Assembly (NCBI GenBank): GCA_937871165.1 | Contig: CALMXK010000149.1 | Location: forward strand, 1-54,745 | Reading direction: 5' to 3' | Length of the DNA: 54,745 bases | Source of the DNA: an uncultured Actinomycetes bacterium | GTDB lineage: Bacteria; Actinomycetota; Thermoleophilia; Miltoncostaeales; Miltoncostaeaceae | Part shown: positions 1-9,035 of the stretch, piece by piece | Layout of the letters: each line of letters begins with the position of its first letter | How positions within the stretch are numbered: position 1 is the stretch's first letter | The notes under the pieces: generated by a model | Seen by the model: the letters and a program-made list of their open reading frames with translations, nothing else | The model's database searches: none | What the model was told of the DNA's origin: nothing | Program-made: the position numbers and the translations under genes

Positions 1-196
1 GCACGAGGTCGAGCGCGAGGCCGGAGGCAATGGCGTCAAGCAGCGTCAGCGGGTCTTCGCCCGGCCGGTCGATCTTGTTGATGAAGGTGATGATCGGAAT
101 ATCGCGCAGGCGGCAGACTTCGAACAATTTGCGGGTCTGGCTTTCGATGCCCTTGGCGGCGTCGATGACCATCACCGCCGCGTCGACGGCGGAGCT
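1..196 (-). pseudogene. prfC: peptide chain release factor 3 (RF3) G-domain fragment, running off the contig edge and lacking its N-terminus
   Basis: My own minus-strand translation of 190->1 gives [63 protein letters not shown]. This is the G3-G4 (NKxD) region with the RF3-typical KLFEVCRLR motif. Upstream of ~196 the same frame shows no P-loop or PGHxDF similarity, and a + strand gene begins at 249. Confidence 0.5.
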
Positions 197-248
197 CGCC
201 GAGGCGCATTCGGGGTGACACGTCGTCGGCGTCTGCCAGAGTGCACCC

Positions 249-1052
249 ATGAGAGCCGGTCGGATGGTCGTTGCGGTGTTCATGATGCTGTTCGGTGTCG
301 CCATCGGCGGGGTGGCCGTGGTCGCCGCCTACGCCCGCACACAGGTGCTGCCGCCGCAGACGTTCGCTGATCGTGTCGTCACGTCGTTGAGCGACGCCGA
401 CGTGCAAGCGGTCGTCAGCGGCAAGCTCGACGCGATCGTGAAGGAACGCGTCGGAGCGGCTGCCAACACTGCAAGCGTCAAGGCGGCTGTCAACCGCGTC
501 ATTGCATCCCCGGCGATTCGACAGATCGCGCGTGAGCAGGCGCAGGTCGCCCAGCAGCGTGTCACCGAGGGGACGGCGGACGACTTCACCGTCGATCTGG
601 CAGCGGCGTTGCCGCTCCTCGTCGCCCAGTTGCAGACGGTCGATCCTGCGCGCGCCGCAGCGCTTCGCACCATCACCGGCGCAATTCCGGTCACATGGGA
701 GCCACCCGCGGCCGCCGTCACCGTTCGTCGAACGGTCGACGCGATTCAGTTCGTTGGGATCACGGCACCGGTGCTGGCCGCGCTCCTGCTGTTCATCGCG
801 TTCGTGATCGCACCGAAGCGTCAGTTGCTCCTTGCACTGACCGGTGTGCTCGTGGCGGCCGTCGCACTCACGGGGCTGTTCGCCATGGCGCGGTTTCGGT
901 CCGCGGCCTTGGATCGCGTTCCTGATGAGCAGGCGGCGTACGGCGCCATTTGGGACGCCTTCATCGAAGGGCTCCGAAGCTGGTGGATCGTCGCCCTCGG
1001 CATCGGCGTGGTCGCCCTCGTGGCAGGGGTGGTACGTCCGCTGCGGCGCTAG
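249..1052 (+). CDS. hypothetical integral membrane protein
   Basis: 267-aa ORF with G/C-rich third codon positions. It has an N-terminal TM helix ([22 protein letters not shown]), an Ala/Val-rich middle and several C-terminal hydrophobic helices. No family recognised. Confidence 0.6.
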   Translation: MRAGRMVVAVFMMLFGVAIGGVAVVAAYARTQVLPPQTFADRVVTSLSDADVQAVVSGKLDAIVKERVGAAANTASVKAAVNRVIASPAIRQIAREQAQVAQQRVTEGTADDFTVDLAAALPLLVAQLQTVDPARAAALRTITGAIPVTWEPPAAAVTVRRTVDAIQFVGITAPVLAALLLFIAFVIAPKRQLLLALTGVLVAAVALTGLFAMARFRSAALDRVPDEQAAYGAIWDAFIEGLRSWWIVALGIGVVALVAGVVRPLRR

Positions 1053-1256
1053 TGTCGCGCGTCGGAAGTTCGTGGCAGTTCGCCGGCCGCGACCGTCGCG
1101 ATGCGGCGTCCTCGGGAGTGCAAATACGCCCGGTACTCACAACGAGCTGCGTCGACCGCCTCGCTCACCGAACTGCAACATCGACACGACCGCCCGCTCC
1201 GGATGGGCGACCAATAGTGTCTGGTCACGCACTTGATGGCCGAAAGGGGTCCCACC

Positions 1257-1484
1257 ATGTCGTCGAAAACCACACCACCCGATTCCAAGGACACGACCCG
1301 CGTCGTCATCGCCGCCGTGGCCGTCCTGGCAGTCGTCTGGTTCGCCTTCGCCAATCGTCAGCGCGTGAACATCAGCTGGTGGCTCTTTGACCGCCAATCG
1401 CGACTGATCTATGTGATCGTCGTGTCCGCGGCGCTCGGGGCGATCGCCGACCGCTTCCTGCTGTCGCGCAACAAGAAGAACTGA
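1257..1484 (+). CDS. small LapA-domain (DUF1049-like) membrane protein
   Basis: The pattern VVIAAVAVLAVVWFAFANRQRVNISWWLFDRQSRLIYVIVVSAALGAI is typical of LapA-domain two-helix proteins. The ATG at 1257 follows an AAGGGG Shine-Dalgarno; the ORF could extend to 1233. Confidence 0.6.
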   Translation: MSSKTTPPDSKDTTRVVIAAVAVLAVVWFAFANRQRVNISWWLFDRQSRLIYVIVVSAALGAIADRFLLSRNKKN

Positions 1485-1489
1485 CGCCG

Positions 1490-3058
1490 GTGGCGGCGCC
1501 GCGTGAATACGACGACATCGTCGTCGGTGGCGGGCACAACGGGCTGGTGGCGGCGGCGTATCTGGCACGTGCCGGACGCCGGGTGCTGGTGCTCGAAAAG
1601 CGCGACCATGTGGGCGGCGCCGCCGTGTCGACTCAGGCGTTTGCCGGGATTCCCGCCCACCTGTCGCGCTACGCCTATCTGGTCTCGCTGATTCCGCAGA
1701 CGATCATCGATGATCTGGGACTCGAGGTCCGGCTGGCCCGGCGCCGGTACTCGTCGTACACCCCGCTGCCCGGCGATCCGGCGCGGGGTCTTCTGATCGA
1801 TCGCGACGATCCCGCGGCCACGGCGCGCGGCGCCGCCCAGCTTGGCGTGGATGCGGCGTCCTGGGCAGGGTGGACGGACATGTACGAGCGGATCGCGTCG
1901 GTGGCCAGGCGGGTGTGGCCCACCATGGTGGAGCCGCTTCGATCAGTGTCGGACGTACGCGCCCTGGCCGACGACGACGAGGTGTGGGACGCGCTGACGA
2001 CGCGACCACTCGGCGACATGCTGCGCCGATTCGTGGCGGACGACCTGCTCGCCGGGATCGCCGCCACCGACGCATTGATCGGCACGTTCGCGTCGGTCGA
2101 CGACACCTCGCTCATTCAGAACATCTGCTTCCTCTACCACGTGATCGGTGGGGGGACGGGCGACTGGGATGTGCCGATCGGCGGCATGGGCGCCGTCACC
2201 AGATCCATCGCACAGGCCGCCACGCGTGCCGGCGTCACGATCAGCACCGATACCGAGGTGCTTGCGGTCGATCCTTACGGCTCGGTGCTCGTTGCGGGGT
2301 CGTCCGGGCCGGAGGCGATACGGGCGCAGTCGATCCTCGCCGGGTGCGCGCCCGCCGTGCTGGACCGCCTGCTGGTGGCCGCCGATGCGCAGCCGCTCGA
2401 ACGAAGTCACGCGATCCAGGGAGCACAGCTGAAGGTCAACATGGTGCTCACACGGTTGCCGCGGCTGCGTGATCGCACCGTCGACCCCGCCGCCGCATTC
2501 GCAGGCACATTCCACATCAACGAGTCCCTCGAACAGATGGAACGCGCCCACCGTCAGGCCGCCGGTGGAGCGATCCCCGATCTGCCTCCGTGCGAGATCT
2601 ACTGCCACACCTTGTCGGACCGATCGATCCTGGGACCGTCCCTTGCCGACAGCACGGCGCAGACGTTGACGCTCTTCGGGCTGCATATGCCCGCCGACCT
2701 GTTTCGTCTCGACAACGCGGGCGCGCGCCGGCGGGCACTCGATGCGACGCTGCGGTCGCTCAACTCGGTGCTCGACGAGCCGATCGAGTCGCTGGTGATG
2801 ACAGACGCGCACGGTGCGCCGTGCATCGAAGTCCGTACGCCGGTCGATCTGGAGGTCGATCTGGATCTGCCCGGAGGCAACATCTTCCACCGGCCTCTTC
2901 GCTGGCCGTGGGCGCAGACCGCCGCCGACGTTGGGACATGGGGTGTCGAAACGCGCTACCCCGACTTGATGATCTGTGGGGCCGGTGCACGTCGCGGTGG
3001 GGGCGTGTCGGGAATCCCCGGGCACAACGCTGCACAGGCGGTGCTCGCGAGGGCCTGA
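1490..3058 (+). CDS. NAD(P)/FAD-dependent oxidoreductase, phytoene desaturase (CrtI)-like family
   Basis: N-terminal Rossmann dinucleotide motif YDDIVVGGGHNGLVAAAYLARAGRRVLVLEKRDHVGGAA. Length 522 aa and C-terminal GGGVSGIPGHNAA are typical of CrtI-family amine-oxidase-fold proteins. Confidence 0.8.
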   Translation: MAAPREYDDIVVGGGHNGLVAAAYLARAGRRVLVLEKRDHVGGAAVSTQAFAGIPAHLSRYAYLVSLIPQTIIDDLGLEVRLARRRYSSYTPLPGDPARGLLIDRDDPAATARGAAQLGVDAASWAGWTDMYERIASVARRVWPTMVEPLRSVSDVRALADDDEVWDALTTRPLGDMLRRFVADDLLAGIAATDALIGTFASVDDTSLIQNICFLYHVIGGGTGDWDVPIGGMGAVTRSIAQAATRAGVTISTDTEVLAVDPYGSVLVAGSSGPEAIRAQSILAGCAPAVLDRLLVAADAQPLERSHAIQGAQLKVNMVLTRLPRLRDRTVDPAAAFAGTFHINESLEQMERAHRQAAGGAIPDLPPCEIYCHTLSDRSILGPSLADSTAQTLTLFGLHMPADLFRLDNAGARRRALDATLRSLNSVLDEPIESLVMTDAHGAPCIEVRTPVDLEVDLDLPGGNIFHRPLRWPWAQTAADVGTWGVETRYPDLMICGAGARRGGGVSGIPGHNAAQAVLARA

Positions 3059-3151
3059 TGGCCACTGATGGACCGCAGAAAGCACGGATGCGTCGTCGCA
3101 TTCGGCGCGGGAGTCTTGTGTGACAAACACGCACATCTGGAGGGCCGAGCG

Positions 3152-3967
3152 TTGACCGAGCCGCCGAACGAGACGCAGGGAGTCCCGTATCCGCCCGACT
3201 GGACCGAATCGGACAGGGTCTTGCACCAAGAGATCCGAGCCGAGCTGCGTCGCCTCGTCAAGGACGAGCAGTGGATCGCCGAGACCGAGCGGCGCGCGAA
3301 AATCGATTGGTGGATGGCACTTGCCGCGCTCGTGCTCGGCGTTCTCGCCATCAGCGCGATCGTCCTGAGCGTCGTTGCGATGAACCGCAACATTGACAAG
3401 GTGGCACGGGCCGCCGTGCGCGACAACACCGTTGGGCCGGGCGCCATCCGTGACGGCGCAGTAGGCGCCGCCAAACTTGCTCCCGCAGCAGTGGGGACGG
3501 CGGCGCTCGTCAATCGAGGGGTGACGGCGGGCAAGTTGAGTCCCGGCGCGGTCAACACGGTGGCGCTCGGTGCCAAGGTCGTGACCGGTGCCAAGGTGGC
3601 GGACAATTCGTTGACCGGGAACCAGATCAATGAGGCGACGCTCACCCCGGTCCGGGCGGCACGCAATTCGGCCAGGCTGGCGGGGCTGCCCGTCGGCGCG
3701 TTCCTGACCGATGTGTCCCTTGTCCAGGTCCAGACGGCATCGACGACTGCCGCGCTCAAAGGGCCCCAACGTGCGGTCTGTCCGGCGGGAACCTCGGCGA
3801 TCGGCGGCGGTGCCGAGATTGTCGGTGCGACCAACGTGGCGCTGATACAGAGCGCCGCCGTCGGCGAGACCGGCTGGACCGCCACCGCCCGGCGTCAGTC
3901 CAACACCGGCGTCACCTCATGGAAACTCGTCGTCCAAGCGATCTGTGGCAGGTGGGGGAAGGGCTGA
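3152..3967 (+). CDS. hypothetical single-pass membrane protein with tail-fibre-like G-A-V repeats and a Cys-containing C-terminal domain
   Basis: TM helix WWMALAALVLGVLAISAIVLSVVAM followed by short repeats (GAIRDGAVGAAKLAPAAVGTAALVNRGVTAGKLSPGAVNTVALGAKVVTGAKVADNSLTGNQINEATL). A TTG at 3152 is preceded by GGAGGG; the maximal ORF starts at 3068. Confidence 0.55.
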   Translation: MTEPPNETQGVPYPPDWTESDRVLHQEIRAELRRLVKDEQWIAETERRAKIDWWMALAALVLGVLAISAIVLSVVAMNRNIDKVARAAVRDNTVGPGAIRDGAVGAAKLAPAAVGTAALVNRGVTAGKLSPGAVNTVALGAKVVTGAKVADNSLTGNQINEATLTPVRAARNSARLAGLPVGAFLTDVSLVQVQTASTTAALKGPQRAVCPAGTSAIGGGAEIVGATNVALIQSAAVGETGWTATARRQSNTGVTSWKLVVQAICGRWGKG

Positions 3968-3985
3968 CCGGCTCCCGATCACACG

Positions 3986-6574
3986 TCAGTGCGCGTGATC
4001 GTGGTCGTGCTCGTGGTCATGTTCATGATCGTCGTGGTCATGACCGCCGCAATTGTTTGCACATCCGGCGCAGTTGCCGCTGCACTTTCCCGCCAAGGCT
4101 TCGCGGATCGCCGCGCCCGATTCCAGCACGAGCACTTCGGAGGCGAGGATCGACGAGTCGTCGGCGGAGATCGCGCTCACCGCGTGTTTGATCTCGGCGA
4201 CCCGCGGCGCGGCGACCGACAGCTCACGCACACCCAGGCCGACAAGCACCGGCGTCAGTTCCGGGTCAGCCGCGAGCTCACCGCAGACACCGACCCAGCG
4301 GCCCGCGCGCGTGGCGGCCTGGCACACGATTGCGATCAGCCGAAGGACGGCCGGGTGGGCGGAGTCGTCGAGCGCCGACACCGCGGCATTGCCGCGCTCG
4401 GCCGCCATCGTGTACTGCGTCAGATCGTTGGTGCCGATCGAGAAGAAGTCGACGTCGGTGGCCAGCATGTCGGCGCACAGTGCCGCCGACGGAACCTCGA
4501 TCATGATGCCCACCTGGAGCGCACCCGCCTGAACGCCCCGTTCGGCAAGCTCGGCGCGGGCGAGGTCCAGCTGTTCGCGGGCGGCGAGCACCTCGTCGCG
4601 TGTCGCGACCATCGGGAACATTACGGCCACTCGGTGATCCGCCGCGACCCGCAGCACCGCGCGCAGCTGGGTGCGAAAGAGCTCGGGTTCGGCGAGTGAC
4701 AGTCGAACGCCGCGTGTGCCGAGGAACGGGTTGTCTTCGTGTGCCTGGTTCAGGTACGGCACGGGCTTGTCCGCACCGGCGTCAAGGGTCCTGATGATCA
4801 GTCGGCGCCCGTCGAGGGTCGTCGCGACCGCCCGGTAGATGGCCTCCTGCTCGTCCTCGTCCGGTGCGGTGTCGCGGCCGGTGAACAGAAACTCGGTGCG
4901 GAACAGTCCGACCCCGTCTGCGCCCGCTTCGACGGCTGCGGCCACCTCATCCGGACCGGAGATGTTGACGGCGACCTCCACCTTTTGTCCGTCGGTCGTG
5001 ACGGCAGGTCGATGTGCCGCCGCGGCAAATTCGGCTGCGCGGGCGGCGGCCGCTTCCTGCGTGGCACGCACCCGTGCGACGGTCTCGGCGTCCGGCCCGA
5101 TCTTGATGGTGCCCGCGTCACCGTCCACCAACAGGTCCTGGTCTTCGCTGATCGACATGATCACTTCGCCGACGTTCACCACCGCGGGTACGCCGAGCGC
5201 CCGCGCCAAAATCGCGCTGTGGGAGGTGGGGCTGCCGGTGGCGACCGCGATGCCCTGAACGAGCGACAGGTCGAGCGACGCGGTTTCGCCCGCGCCGAGT
5301 TCCCGGGCGATCAGGATGCCCGGGCCGCGCATGACGGCTGGACCGGACGCGGCACCACCGAACTGTGCGAGCACCCGTCGCCCGATGTCGCGTACGTCTT
5401 CGGCGCGGGCGCGCATGTACGGATCGCCCATTGCGGCGAACCGTGCGGCCGCGGCGTCCACCGCCGCCTGCCACGCATCCTCGGCCCTGGTGCCGCCTGC
5501 GATGGCGTCCATGGCCGGTTCGATCAGCGCATCGTCGGAGAGCAGGGTGGTGTGCGCGTCGAGCATCTGCGCGTGTTCCTCGCCGACCTGCGCGGCGATG
5601 GACTCACGCGCGAATCGAACTTCGCTTTGCGCGCGCTCCAGCGCGTCGGTCAGCGCCTTGGCTTCGACGGTTGGATCGCCAGGCACCCGCGGTGCAGCGG
5701 GCGGGCGGCGCAGTCTCCGGGCCGGTCCGATCGCGGCGCCCGGTGCGGCGGCAAGTCCTTGGAAGCTGCCGTCCGCCGCGAGCTGGAACGGCATCTCCAT
5801 CGGCCGTCCCTCGGGTGCGGCCACCTCGGCCACCTCGGCCGCGTCAACGGATTCGTTGAAGTTGTTCGCCGCGAGTTCTCCGATCGCGGCGACGGCGTCC
5901 GCCGCCTGCGGGCCTGTTGCCCGCACACGGATCACGTGGCCCTTGTGGGCGCCGAGGGTCGCAACGTCGGTCAGGCTGCTCGCACGTGCGGGACCGGCGC
6001 CACTTGTCAGGTTCTCAACCTGCACCGTGGCGTCGAACGATCCCGCCACCTGCACGAACTTGGCGGCTGGGCGCGCGTGCAGTCCATGCGCGTTCGTCAC
6101 GGTCAGGTCGGCCGTGATCCACTCCCCATCGGGCGCAGCGACGGTTGCAGCCGTCTCGTCCTGAGGAGCTTCATCGAGTTGGGTCTGCTTGCCGAGCAAC
6201 CCTGCACGCGCCTCGCGCATCACGTCCTCGATTGGCTGGCCGAGGCCGGCGGACACCGCCGCGGCGACCGCCCCTTCCACCACCGGCGCCGCGCACAGAT
6301 GCGTACGCGCGGCAACCTCCGGGTCCACGAACTGCAACGCCACCTCGGCGGACATGATCGCGCTGCCGAGATCCATCAACACCAGCACGTCATTGCCACC
6401 CTGTGCGACCGTTTCAATGGCTGCGGCCACCTTCATCGCGTCGGTCCCGATGCCCGGCTCGGCGTCGATCCCGCCGGCGGCTTCGATGGCGACCCCGTCC
6501 GCCATTTGGCGTGCGAGCTCGACAGCGCCCTCTGCCACCTTTGCGCTGTGGCTGACAATCACGATGCCGACCAT
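3986..6574 (-). CDS. dhaM: multidomain DHA-kinase phosphotransferase: DhaM EIIA(Man)-like + HPr + full-length PTS enzyme I, with a C-terminal Cys/His-rich tail
   Basis: N-terminus MVGIVIVSHSAKVAEGAVELA (DhaM/EIIA-Man). HPr motif TVTNAHGLHARPAAKFV. EI phospho-His motif GSPTSHSAILARALGVPAVV and PEP-utilizer C-domain (IMIEVPSAA, FFSIGTNDLTQY). Its start overlaps the glpC stop by 1 nt (TGATG). Confidence 0.85.
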   Translation of the reverse strand: MVGIVIVSHSAKVAEGAVELARQMADGVAIEAAGGIDAEPGIGTDAMKVAAAIETVAQGGNDVLVLMDLGSAIMSAEVALQFVDPEVAARTHLCAAPVVEGAVAAAVSAGLGQPIEDVMREARAGLLGKQTQLDEAPQDETAATVAAPDGEWITADLTVTNAHGLHARPAAKFVQVAGSFDATVQVENLTSGAGPARASSLTDVATLGAHKGHVIRVRATGPQAADAVAAIGELAANNFNESVDAAEVAEVAAPEGRPMEMPFQLAADGSFQGLAAAPGAAIGPARRLRRPPAAPRVPGDPTVEAKALTDALERAQSEVRFARESIAAQVGEEHAQMLDAHTTLLSDDALIEPAMDAIAGGTRAEDAWQAAVDAAAARFAAMGDPYMRARAEDVRDIGRRVLAQFGGAASGPAVMRGPGILIARELGAGETASLDLSLVQGIAVATGSPTSHSAILARALGVPAVVNVGEVIMSISEDQDLLVDGDAGTIKIGPDAETVARVRATQEAAAARAAEFAAAAHRPAVTTDGQKVEVAVNISGPDEVAAAVEAGADGVGLFRTEFLFTGRDTAPDEDEQEAIYRAVATTLDGRRLIIRTLDAGADKPVPYLNQAHEDNPFLGTRGVRLSLAEPELFRTQLRAVLRVAADHRVAVMFPMVATRDEVLAAREQLDLARAELAERGVQAGALQVGIMIEVPSAALCADMLATDVDFFSIGTNDLTQYTMAAERGNAAVSALDDSAHPAVLRLIAIVCQAATRAGRWVGVCGELAADPELTPVLVGLGVRELSVAAPRVAEIKHAVSAISADDSSILASEVLVLESGAAIREALAGKCSGNCAGCANNCGGHDHDDHEHDHEHDHDHAH

Positions 6575-7779
6575 CAGGACAGGCCGTATGCGCGATGGAT
6601 CAGGGCGATCGGGTGAACGGTCTCGACGCCGGTTGCCGTGGCGATCTGCCAGCGGCAGGTCTCGGAGTCACAAACTGCAAGTGGTGGATGCATGTCGCGC
6701 ACCATATTGAACAGCGGGGCGCCGACGGCCATCGCGATGTCGTACTTCTCACGCTTCAGGCCATACGTCCCGGCAACGCCGCAACATGCGGCATTGCTCT
6801 CGACCACCGTCACGCCCGGGATCAGCTTCATGAGCTCAACGGCGGGCGTGCCGATCCCGTGGCCGCGCAGCTGACACGGGGCGTGGTAAGGGATCGTCAT
6901 CTCGATCGGCGCCAAGTCCAGCGGCAGCTCGCCGTGGTCATGCAGATCGAGCAGGAACTCGCAGATGTCGAAGGTGCGCGCGCCGACCGATGCGAGGGTC
7001 GCGTCCTCCATCCCGAGGATTTCGTGCGCCTCGCGTTTGAGCATCAGTCCGCAGCTCGTGGAACTCGCCACGATCGGCAAGCCGTGTCCGGCGCCGTCGA
7101 GTGCCGACACCAGTGAATGGACGTGCTGGCGGGCATCGTCGAACAGCCCGTTCGATTGCAGCGGCAGTCCGCAGCATCCTTGTTTGGGTGTCAGGACGCG
7201 GTAGCCGAGGTGCTCCAACACCTCGATGGTCATGCGGCCCGTCTCGACCTCATAGAAGTTCGCCGCGCACCCGTGGAAGTAGACGATGGTGCCGCGTTTT
7301 GCCGGTGCCTGGGTTCGGCCGCGCAGCCAGCGGCGCAGCGTCATTCGGGCGGACGCCGGAAGTGGCGCCTTGCGATGGATGCGCAGCGTCGCCGAAAGTG
7401 CTCGTCGCGCAAGGCCGTTGCGCAGGACGGCATTTGCGATCGGTGCGACCGGCGCGCTCAGCCGGCCCGTGACCATCGGCCGCGAGATCAGGCGATCGCG
7501 AACCGAGATGCCCTTGCGGGACTTCATCTCGTGGCGCGCCTGCGCGTTGATCTCGGCGATCTTCACATCCTGCGGACACACGTGGGTGCAGATCCCGCAC
7601 CCGGAGCAGTAGTCCAACGAAATGTCGACCGATGTTCCGGACTCGCGAAAGCGCTCCCCTTGCGGGCCGACGTACTTGGGCCCGGGAAACAGCGGGGTGA
7701 CAGCAGCGACCGGACAGTGCGCCTCACAGACGGTGCACTTGACGCAGTGATCCAAACTTGCGCGCATCTCGTCGTTCAT
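6574..7779 (-). CDS. glpC: anaerobic glycerol-3-phosphate dehydrogenase subunit C (Fe-S, CCG domains)
   Basis: Two 4Fe-4S ferredoxin motifs (CVKCTVCEAHCP, CSGCGICTHVCP) and CCG-domain cysteines (GCCGLP, ACCGVAG). 4-nt overlap with glpB. Confidence 0.9.
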   Translation of the reverse strand: MNDEMRASLDHCVKCTVCEAHCPVAAVTPLFPGPKYVGPQGERFRESGTSVDISLDYCSGCGICTHVCPQDVKIAEINAQARHEMKSRKGISVRDRLISRPMVTGRLSAPVAPIANAVLRNGLARRALSATLRIHRKAPLPASARMTLRRWLRGRTQAPAKRGTIVYFHGCAANFYEVETGRMTIEVLEHLGYRVLTPKQGCCGLPLQSNGLFDDARQHVHSLVSALDGAGHGLPIVASSTSCGLMLKREAHEILGMEDATLASVGARTFDICEFLLDLHDHGELPLDLAPIEMTIPYHAPCQLRGHGIGTPAVELMKLIPGVTVVESNAACCGVAGTYGLKREKYDIAMAVGAPLFNMVRDMHPPLAVCDSETCRWQIATATGVETVHPIALIHRAYGLS

Positions 7780-9035
7780 GACCCGTCCTCGATGATCGTG
7801 TCTGCGGCGCGAACCGCCGTGGCGATGGCGATCCCTTCGCCGGACTTCTCCCGCCAGCGCGTGGCGCCGGCGATGAGTCCTCCCGCCACCACAAGGTTGT
7901 CGAGCACCGCAGCGCCCGTCGGGTCCACGGGCCGCATGGAGTGGTCGACCGCGACCCCCGTGCGAAACAGCGGATGGTCCGCCCAGTAGTCGGCGGACAC
8001 GACCGGATCGCTCGGCACGTGGGCGAGCGGCAGGTCGAAGACCGGCTCCCGGATGGCGCCGTAGGAGTCGACGTCGATGGCGCCACTTTCAAATCCACCG
8101 GGGGCGAACACGATCCACGGCGAGCGCGTGAGGCGAAGTCTTCCCGCGGTGTCGGTCTGCAGCCCGGTGATGCGGGTTCCCTCGCGCGTCGCGCCGACCA
8201 CACGTCCGCCCATCACGAAGCGCACGCCGGCCGCCTTCGCGTGCGCGGTCAACGACGCATTCATGCGGATGCCCGGCACGGATGGCGGCGGCAGCGGAAT
8301 CTCGAACACCGGACGCCCAAGCCGGGTCTGCAACGTCGACCACACGGTCTGCGTATCGACCAGGCCCAGTACGGCCGGGACTCCGACCACGTGATCGTCG
8401 TCGGTGAGCTCGCGCGCCATGGCGTCGGCAAAGCGCAACAAGGTGGATGAGTCGTCAAGCGCCCTGGCGGTGACGAGTCCGCTGCTGTCGCTCTCACCAT
8501 CCCGCACCACGAAATCGACGTGCACCCCGCGGGCGTTCACACGTCCTCCAGACGGCAGATCGGTGCGCGACAGGTTGTCCGCGATCAGGTCCGGGTACAG
8601 ATCCTTGAGTCGACGGAGCCCGATGATTGCGACGTTCGCGCCGTCGCGCAGGTCGCCGGCGGCCATGGACGGTGGCATGAGTGCGGTGGGACGCAGCGCT
8701 CCCACCGCGGTCGGCAGGTGCACGTTCGTCTGGAGCGAACCGACCAACTCACCGGGGCCGAGTACCTCGGCAAACCATTCCACGGCGTGACGCACCCCGT
8801 CGGCGCGCAGGTGGTGGTAGGGGTGGGCGTGGTCGGCGTCGGCGGTCCGGTCGATCGCGTCGAGCGGGTGGTGTACGCGGTCGGGCGTGTAGCCGAGCAG
8901 GTCCACCGTTCCCTGGGACAGCTGCAGCCCACCCACGCCGGCGGACAGGAGTGTGACGGCCCTCCCTGCGCGGGCCAGGCGGATGGCGGCGGTGAGTCCG
9001 GCGAGCCCGGCGCCGACCACGACGACGTCGCTCAT
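7776..9035 (-). CDS. glpB: anaerobic glycerol-3-phosphate dehydrogenase subunit B
   Basis: FAD-binding N-terminus MSDVVVVGAGLAGLTAAIRLARAG. Its size and position between glpA and glpC, with 4-nt overlaps on both sides, support the call. Confidence 0.85.
   Translation of the reverse strand: MSDVVVVGAGLAGLTAAIRLARAGRAVTLLSAGVGGLQLSQGTVDLLGYTPDRVHHPLDAIDRTADADHAHPYHHLRADGVRHAVEWFAEVLGPGELVGSLQTNVHLPTAVGALRPTALMPPSMAAGDLRDGANVAIIGLRRLKDLYPDLIADNLSRTDLPSGGRVNARGVHVDFVVRDGESDSSGLVTARALDDSSTLLRFADAMARELTDDDHVVGVPAVLGLVDTQTVWSTLQTRLGRPVFEIPLPPPSVPGIRMNASLTAHAKAAGVRFVMGGRVVGATREGTRITGLQTDTAGRLRLTRSPWIVFAPGGFESGAIDVDSYGAIREPVFDLPLAHVPSDPVVSADYWADHPLFRTGVAVDHSMRPVDPTGAAVLDNLVVAGGLIAGATRWREKSGEGIAIATAVRAADTIIEDGS

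Noticed and set aside
36-407. 123-aa minus-strand ORF overlapping the RF3 fragment and the start of the 249..1052 gene.
   Set aside because: It is in a different frame from the RF3-like translation. Its composition is Arg/His/Asp-rich and non-protein-like, and it overlaps a better-supported + strand gene.
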